Assembly: GCA_002315875.1 (NCBI GenBank)
Contig: DCIL01000013.1
Span: 3,168 to 67,167 of the forward strand
Length of the DNA stretch: 64,000 nt
Origin: Verrucomicrobia bacterium UBA1727
GTDB taxonomy: Bacteria; Verrucomicrobiota; Kiritimatiellia; RFP12; UBA1067
Direction of reading: 5' to 3'
The notes beneath the pieces are model-generated. The model worked only from the letters and a program-made list of their open reading frames with translations. It was not told the DNA's origin and did no database searches. Within the stretch, counting starts at the first letter, position 1. The number at the start of each line of letters is the position of its first letter. Shown piece by piece: positions 59,088-64,000 of the stretch. The position numbers and the translations under genes were made by a program.

Positions 59088-60907
59088 TTGCTGGCCTCCT
59101 GGTTCTTACCCTTCTGCGCCTTCGCCTTCGAAGCGGATTCAAGGCGCTGGCGTTCCCTGACCGCCCACTTGTAGAACGAATTATTAACGCCCCCGAGTTC
59201 GATCATTTCATCGAGGATCTTCTTCGCGGCCACCGGATCCTCCACCGTCAACAGACGATATTTCTGATAATTGCCGCGATAGAACTCGTCCATCCGCTTG
59301 TGAGCGGTGCGCGCGAGCGCCTTCCACTCCGCGAGCGAACCATCACCGATGCCGATCTGCTCGCAAAGCTGCGCAATGGCCTCGAGCTTCGCCAGATCGA
59401 AACCATTGGCATTCTTCTTATGGGCGGCGATGATCTGAGCGGCAAGCTTCTTACTGATTTCGGCCACGACGGACTGCTCGCGCTTTGAAATCGCCTCGAA
59501 CGGTGTTTCGTGATAGAGATCACGCATTCTCACGTAGGTGTCGCCCAGATTCCTGATGGACGCGACCGACGCCTTTCCATTCGACATCAGAACGTTACGC
59601 GCGGCGACATAGGCGCACATCGCGTCCCACCGCTCGTTGTTGCTGTCGATTTCGCGCTTGAAGAAATCACTGCGCGCGAAGACGTTGCGGTTGGTGAAGG
59701 AGATGTATTTCGCCTCCAGTTCCGGACTTCCGATCGTAGACGGATCCACCGCACCCACGGCCGAAGCCGCAAGGAAGCGTTCTGGCAGAGTGTAACTGGC
59801 GTAAACGCACATTTCCCTGGCATCCTCGAGATACTGATCGGCATCAGACATCGTGCAGACCTCGCGATCGACGACGGAGATGGCCTTCTTGAGCTCGTCC
59901 CAGCGCATTGACGCAGCGCACTCCTGGATATTGCGAACATCCTTGACGAACTTCAGCAATCGCTGCACGGTCTGATCCTTGGCGAAGCGCTGATGGCTCG
60001 CCATATTGATTATGTCGAGCGAGGCCTGAGTGGGCTGGGCCGTCAAGATCGTCGGCATCGAGCGTAAGAAGGAGTAGAGCACCAGTCTCGCATCATCCTC
60101 GGTTCCGCTCCCGGGCTCGAAGAGCTTGTTGGGAACGTCAACCTGCACCGCGCCGCGCGGCTGGGAGAGCAGTCCGTTGAGATAACTGACCCGGAACTGA
60201 ATCACGACCGCGGCGGCGAAGATCGCCAGCAAAACGGCGACCGCAAGGACGATCTTCCGACGCAACCACCGCGAAGGCCACTTGAAGGGATTCGCCGACT
60301 TGATCGCCTCCGCACCGTCCTTGGCCGAAAAGCACATACCCTCGAAACCGTTGCAGGAGAAAAGCGTGCCGGCCCCGACCTGAAGGCGCTGCCGATCGTC
60401 GCCAAGCCCTGAAACCACGTCGATTCCATCCGTAACCGGGAAGAACTCGAAGAGATCTTCGTCGGAAATCGGAGGATTCACCGCCGGGCGCTTGTCTTCG
60501 CCGGGTACGATTCCGACGACGTTGCGCCCCGCGACCACCTGGTCCATGACCGGCTTAGAATCCTGATAGCGCCAGATGATGACACCACCCGAAGCGACCT
60601 CGTCGCGTTCGAGGCAGAACATGAATTCGCCGATGGCGCAGTTCATTCCCGCCAGAAGCTGGACGTTGGGAAGCGACTTCGGCCCGCACACCACGGGATG
60701 CTCGAGCGACGATGACGCGAGGAGCCATCCGTCCTCGTTGCGAACGAGCGCGCCGACCACGGCATTGCCGGCCGTGGGCGAGACCGCGATCTCAACCGTG
60801 CCGTCGGGACGCTTGGCGATGAGTTGAGGACGGGTCTCGGCGCTCAGATCGAGCGTGAAGAGTTCGGCGCCGTCCGCGGCAAGATAGACATGTAGAAGTT
60901 CCATCAC
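59084..60907 (-). CDS. membrane protein, degenerate FHA-like N-domain + TM + helical C-domain (module-2 component Y)
   Basis: 607 aa. Same architecture and position as 35022..37430 (cytoplasmic beta-rich N-region, one TM IVLAVAVLLAIFAAAVVIQF, long helical C-domain, K-rich tail), but the canonical FHA GR/SxxH/NG residues are not evident. Confidence 0.5.
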   Translation of the reverse strand: MMELLHVYLAADGAELFTLDLSAETRPQLIAKRPDGTVEIAVSPTAGNAVVGALVRNEDGWLLASSSLEHPVVCGPKSLPNVQLLAGMNCAIGEFMFCLERDEVASGGVIIWRYQDSKPVMDQVVAGRNVVGIVPGEDKRPAVNPPISDEDLFEFFPVTDGIDVVSGLGDDRQRLQVGAGTLFSCNGFEGMCFSAKDGAEAIKSANPFKWPSRWLRRKIVLAVAVLLAIFAAAVVIQFRVSYLNGLLSQPRGAVQVDVPNKLFEPGSGTEDDARLVLYSFLRSMPTILTAQPTQASLDIINMASHQRFAKDQTVQRLLKFVKDVRNIQECAASMRWDELKKAISVVDREVCTMSDADQYLEDAREMCVYASYTLPERFLAASAVGAVDPSTIGSPELEAKYISFTNRNVFARSDFFKREIDSNNERWDAMCAYVAARNVLMSNGKASVASIRNLGDTYVRMRDLYHETPFEAISKREQSVVAEISKKLAAQIIAAHKKNANGFDLAKLEAIAQLCEQIGIGDGSLAEWKALARTAHKRMDEFYRGNYQKYRLLTVEDPVAAKKILDEMIELGGVNNSFYKWAVRERQRLESASKAKAQKGKNQEASK

Positions 60908-61977
60908 TTCCCCTCCTTTGCGACGAGCGTCGCGAGTTTCTCAGAAGCGCGGCGACGGTCCAGCGACTCGTCGACCAGCGTCGCGTGATCGATGATGAAT
61001 CGCGCCTGATTGCGGGCGCCCTCGATATCGTTCATCGCCATGAGCTTGTCGAATTGAACGAACCACTCGTTGACGTTCTTCTTGCGGATCTGCAGGAACC
61101 TGCGATACTGCTTGAAGTCGGGGGTATTGAGGATCTGATACTCGCGACGGATTGACGAAAGCGCCTTGATCGCCTCACGGAAGTGGGTGATTGCAGGCAG
61201 CAGCGCAGCTTCCGGCTCCTGGTCCACTCGCGCGGCGAAGAGCTTCCACATCGCCAATTCCCGCCCGGACTTGGCCAACATCTCCGCCGTCACCTCGGAA
61301 CTTATGTTCGATGAGTCAATGACCGCACGTTCGATGGACTCGCGCGCATCCGGCAACGTCAACATCTCGCTGACATGGCGAATGTAGTTGTCGATGGTCC
61401 TACGGCCCTCGTCATCCTCGTCGCGAATGACACCGACGACAACATACGCGACGTCCGCCATCAGGAAGGCAATCGCCTGGCCTTCGTACGGTCCGACGTC
61501 AATGATCATGCGCTCCGCAGGCACGCCGGGCTTGACCGCCACCGTCTCACTGCCGAGCAACTCGACGACCACCTGCGTGAAGTTGGTGTTGACGAGACCG
61601 TGCCTGGCCACCCGCTCGTGAATGTGATGAATGAGCAGCGACTTGTTGATGTCCAGCGCGGCATAGGCCAGGGACGGAACTCTGCGCACGAAAACATCGA
61701 TATACGGCAGCTCGTCACCTTCCCCGCGGTACATCACCGCCGAATCTCCGTCGGTGCCCCACACCTTCCAGCCGGGAGGTGTCTTCGCCTTGAAGTAACG
61801 CGTACTGATTTCGCTGACCACGGGACGGTCAAGCTCGTCCATCGCATCCCGGAAAGCGGTATAGCGATCGTAGACGAGATATATCGCGATGAAGAAACCG
61901 AGGAAGAGTACGCTCCAGACGGTTACCCTGGAGGACATCAGCGTCGGCACTATTACTGGCTTGGTTGAATTATTCAT
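60904..61977 (-). CDS. bitopic membrane protein (module-2 component X), function unknown
   Basis: 357 aa. One N-terminal TM (VWSVLFLGFFIAIYLVY). Mixed alpha/beta, then helical C-terminus. Same position after tadC as 37430..38644. Confidence 0.5.
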   Translation of the reverse strand: MNNSTKPVIVPTLMSSRVTVWSVLFLGFFIAIYLVYDRYTAFRDAMDELDRPVVSEISTRYFKAKTPPGWKVWGTDGDSAVMYRGEGDELPYIDVFVRRVPSLAYAALDINKSLLIHHIHERVARHGLVNTNFTQVVVELLGSETVAVKPGVPAERMIIDVGPYEGQAIAFLMADVAYVVVGVIRDEDDEGRRTIDNYIRHVSEMLTLPDARESIERAVIDSSNISSEVTAEMLAKSGRELAMWKLFAARVDQEPEAALLPAITHFREAIKALSSIRREYQILNTPDFKQYRRFLQIRKKNVNEWFVQFDKLMAMNDIEGARNQARFIIDHATLVDESLDRRRASEKLATLVAKEGK

Positions 61978-61978
61978 A

Positions 61979-62869
61979 TCATTTATTCATGAACTGGATG
62001 ATAAGCGGAGCGAACAGCACAATGAAGATTCCCGGCAGGATCAGCACCAGCAGCGGGAAGCTCATCGCCACCACCGCCTTCTGCGCCTTGGTCTGGGCCG
62101 CAACCCGCGAGGAATGACGGATGAGATCCGATGCCGCGCCGAGGTTCTCGAAGACGGAAGTTCCCATCTCGAGGGACTGCGCCAGGGTCGAAAAGACGGC
62201 GTTGGCCTCGGAGACGTCGATGCGCCGCGCGATGTTGTTGAGCGCCATCGGCAGGGAAGTGCCGATCGCGACCTCGCTCTGACAGCGCACAAGCTCATCG
62301 CGGACCGGTCCGCGCGGAGTCACCTGAACGACGCTGCTGATCGCCGATTGGAGATCGCCGCCTGCCTGCGTCACCAGCCGCATCACGTCGAGCGCCACCG
62401 GCAACTCGTGCACGAAACGCGCCGTCCGCTGCTTCGCCGCGTCCTTAAGCGCCGAATCCGGCCACTTGTAGAGCATGATGCCGAAAAGGAGCGAGACGAC
62501 GATCAGAAGCCCACCCGAAAGATGCAAGATGGTGCCCATGATCATGATGAAGGTCACGGCCAGCAGCGGAAAGATGTAGCGGGCGACGAAGATCTCGGCC
62601 GCCGTCGCGCCATCGAGGAAGGTCGCGCCGGACTGGGCAACGAGCTTCTCGTATTCCGCCAGCTTCCGGTCGAGTTCGCGATCCTTGTACCGCCGCGAGG
62701 TCACGAAGGCCGCCGGCAGCGCGAGAAGCATACGCGCCCCGCCGCCCTCCGACTTCGCGCTCGACTTGACCGTGCGGTCGAGCTTCGCAAGCGAACGGAC
62801 GAGCAGATACGCGAGCATCGCCGCCGCCACGCCGGCCGCCACATACGCTATCGTTATGTCGATATTCAT
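61979..62869 (-). CDS. TadC-like platform protein, second copy (T2SS-F family)
   Basis: 296 aa. LPVALDVMRLVTQAGGDLQSAI ... LAQSLEMGTSVFENL, terminal TM helices. Confidence 0.7.
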   Translation of the reverse strand: MNIDITIAYVAAGVAAAMLAYLLVRSLAKLDRTVKSSAKSEGGGARMLLALPAAFVTSRRYKDRELDRKLAEYEKLVAQSGATFLDGATAAEIFVARYIFPLLAVTFIMIMGTILHLSGGLLIVVSLLFGIMLYKWPDSALKDAAKQRTARFVHELPVALDVMRLVTQAGGDLQSAISSVVQVTPRGPVRDELVRCQSEVAIGTSLPMALNNIARRIDVSEANAVFSTLAQSLEMGTSVFENLGAASDLIRHSSRVAAQTKAQKAVVAMSFPLLVLILPGIFIVLFAPLIIQFMNK

Positions 62870-62879
62870 AAGCTCTCCT

Positions 62880-63626
62880 TCAGACCTTGATTTCCACGAT
62901 CTTGCGGATCCAGAGATACGCGAGCCCCTGCATGCACAGCAGAAGTCCGATCGTCGCCCAGCCGGCGAACGTGGTCACCATCGGCACGATGAACTGCGGA
63001 TTGACCGCGCCGAGGATGAGCATCATCGCGAACGGCAAGATGCTCATCACCAGTGCCTGCATACGCCCTTCGGTGGTCATCGCCTTGAGTTCCGCCTCGA
63101 ACGCCATGTTGTCACGCAGAAGCTTCGAAAGCATGCGGTAACTGTCCGCCAGGTTGCCGCCGTGGGCGACACCGATTTCCGAGGCGGTAGCGATCATGCG
63201 GATGTCATTGGTCGGCAGACGCTCCGCCAGATTGACGAAGGCGGCGGCAACCGAATACCCGAGACGCGTATCGTAGATGACGCGCGCGAATTCCTCACCG
63301 ACCCCCGGCGGGAAGTGCTCGAGATTGCGCAGCAGCGCCTGCGGCAGCGTGAGGCCGGCGGTAAGCGAGTTCGCAATCATGTCGAGCGCGTCCGGCAGCC
63401 CCTTGCGGATGAGCATCACGCGGCGGGCGCGCATCATGTTGCGGACGAACGACGGCATCGAAGATCCGTCATCCTTCGCGGCCTTCACGAGCATCGCCTC
63501 GGCATTGGATAGCAGCGCCTGCTCGCGCTGCTGCTGCGAAATGTCAAGCAGCAACTTCACGACGCAGCCGACCAGGCCGGCGAACACGAAGAGGCATACT
63601 GCGATGATCAGGATATCGAGCGACAT
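62880..63626 (-). CDS. TadB-like platform protein, second copy (T2SS-F family)
   Basis: 248 aa. LPDALDMIANSLTAGLTLPQAL ... ASEIGVAHGGNLADSYRML, terminal TM helices. Confidence 0.7.
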   Translation of the reverse strand: MSLDILIIAVCLFVFAGLVGCVVKLLLDISQQQREQALLSNAEAMLVKAAKDDGSSMPSFVRNMMRARRVMLIRKGLPDALDMIANSLTAGLTLPQALLRNLEHFPPGVGEEFARVIYDTRLGYSVAAAFVNLAERLPTNDIRMIATASEIGVAHGGNLADSYRMLSKLLRDNMAFEAELKAMTTEGRMQALVMSILPFAMMLILGAVNPQFIVPMVTTFAGWATIGLLLCMQGLAYLWIRKIVEIKV

Positions 63627-63637
63627 TGCTTTCTCCC

Positions 63638-64000
63638 TTATTCGACTCCGGCGAAGACCGACTCGTCGAGCTTGACGCCGCGGAGACGGAAGTCATCGTA
63701 GAACGTGGGCTTGGCGACGGCGACGTGACGGCCGACGACCTTGAGCGTCTTCTCGTCGACTCCCTCGCGCTTGAACTCGAAGATCGTTCTGAGCTTGGCG
63801 TTGCCGTTCTCATCGAGTCCGCAAACTTCGGCGATCTCGATCGTCTTGCGCGAGCCGTCCGAAAGACGCGCGGTCTGCACGATGATGTTGACGGCGCTCG
63901 CGATCTGAGCGCGGATCGCCGAAAGCGGCATGTCCATGCCTGCCATCATGCACAGCGTCTCGAGACGCGCAACCGTATCCGTCGGCGTGTTGGCGTGAAC
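63638..64000 (-). CDS. CpaF/TadA-family ATPase, third copy, C-terminal fragment (runs off window end)
   Basis: Frame continues to the window edge: ...HANTPTDTVARLETLCMMAGMDMPLSAIRAQIASAVNIIVQTARLSDGSRKTIEIAEV..., collinear with the C-termini of the other two CpaF copies. Confidence 0.8.
   Translation of the reverse strand, partial: VHANTPTDTVARLETLCMMAGMDMPLSAIRAQIASAVNIIVQTARLSDGSRKTIEIAEVCGLDENGNAKLRTIFEFKREGVDEKTLKVVGRHVAVAKPTFYDDFRLRGVKLDESVFAGVE

Overview
GC-rich bacterial window in which every supportable gene (46 CDS) lies on the minus strand, tightly packed with many ATGA/GTGA/TGATG start-stop overlaps. All long plus-strand ORFs look like antisense shadows. No rRNA, tRNA, CRISPR array, transposase or integrase was recognised. 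The gene content (Rnf, four-helix-bundle IVS-type protein, giant Listeria-Bacteroides-repeat proteins) vaguely suggests a PVC-type lineage, but this is a guess.

Low coordinates (1-16.8 kb) are mostly housekeeping:
- a glycogen phosphorylase N-terminus
- envelope proteins
- an rnf cluster in the order A-B-C-D-G, interrupted by three unrelated genes and lacking rnfE
- dapF, an S41 tail-specific protease, a membrane NERD protein, dxs, and a GT39-like glycosyltransferase

From about 16.8 to 57.5 kb lies the main finding, a roughly 40 kb co-directional Tad/Flp (type IVc) pilus super-operon with unusual additions:
- an FHA-CpaF fusion
- a double-FHA membrane protein
- no TadZ/CpaE
- a two-partner-secretion pair (TpsB plus a 3453-aa TpsA) ending 3 nt before cpaB
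- a 2723-aa glycine-tract repeat protein coupled to the pseudopilin genes
- a short orphan CpaF
- a secreted nucleoside-hydrolase/LTD/phosphoesterase fusion
- an outer-membrane barrel
- an N-terminally truncated kinase-like protein
- a canonical 58-aa Flp pilin, absent from the ORF track, found by hand

A Crp/Fnr regulator sits just upstream of this operon, next to a CRP-type palindrome positioned like a class II activator site.

From 59 to 64 kb a second, paralogous cpaF-tadB-tadC-X-Y module ends in a clear intrinsic terminator.

Several families of short tandem repeats (7-, 6-, 9-, 21- and 27-nt units) occur in both coding and non-coding positions. All functional calls rest on motif recognition by eye; no searches were run.
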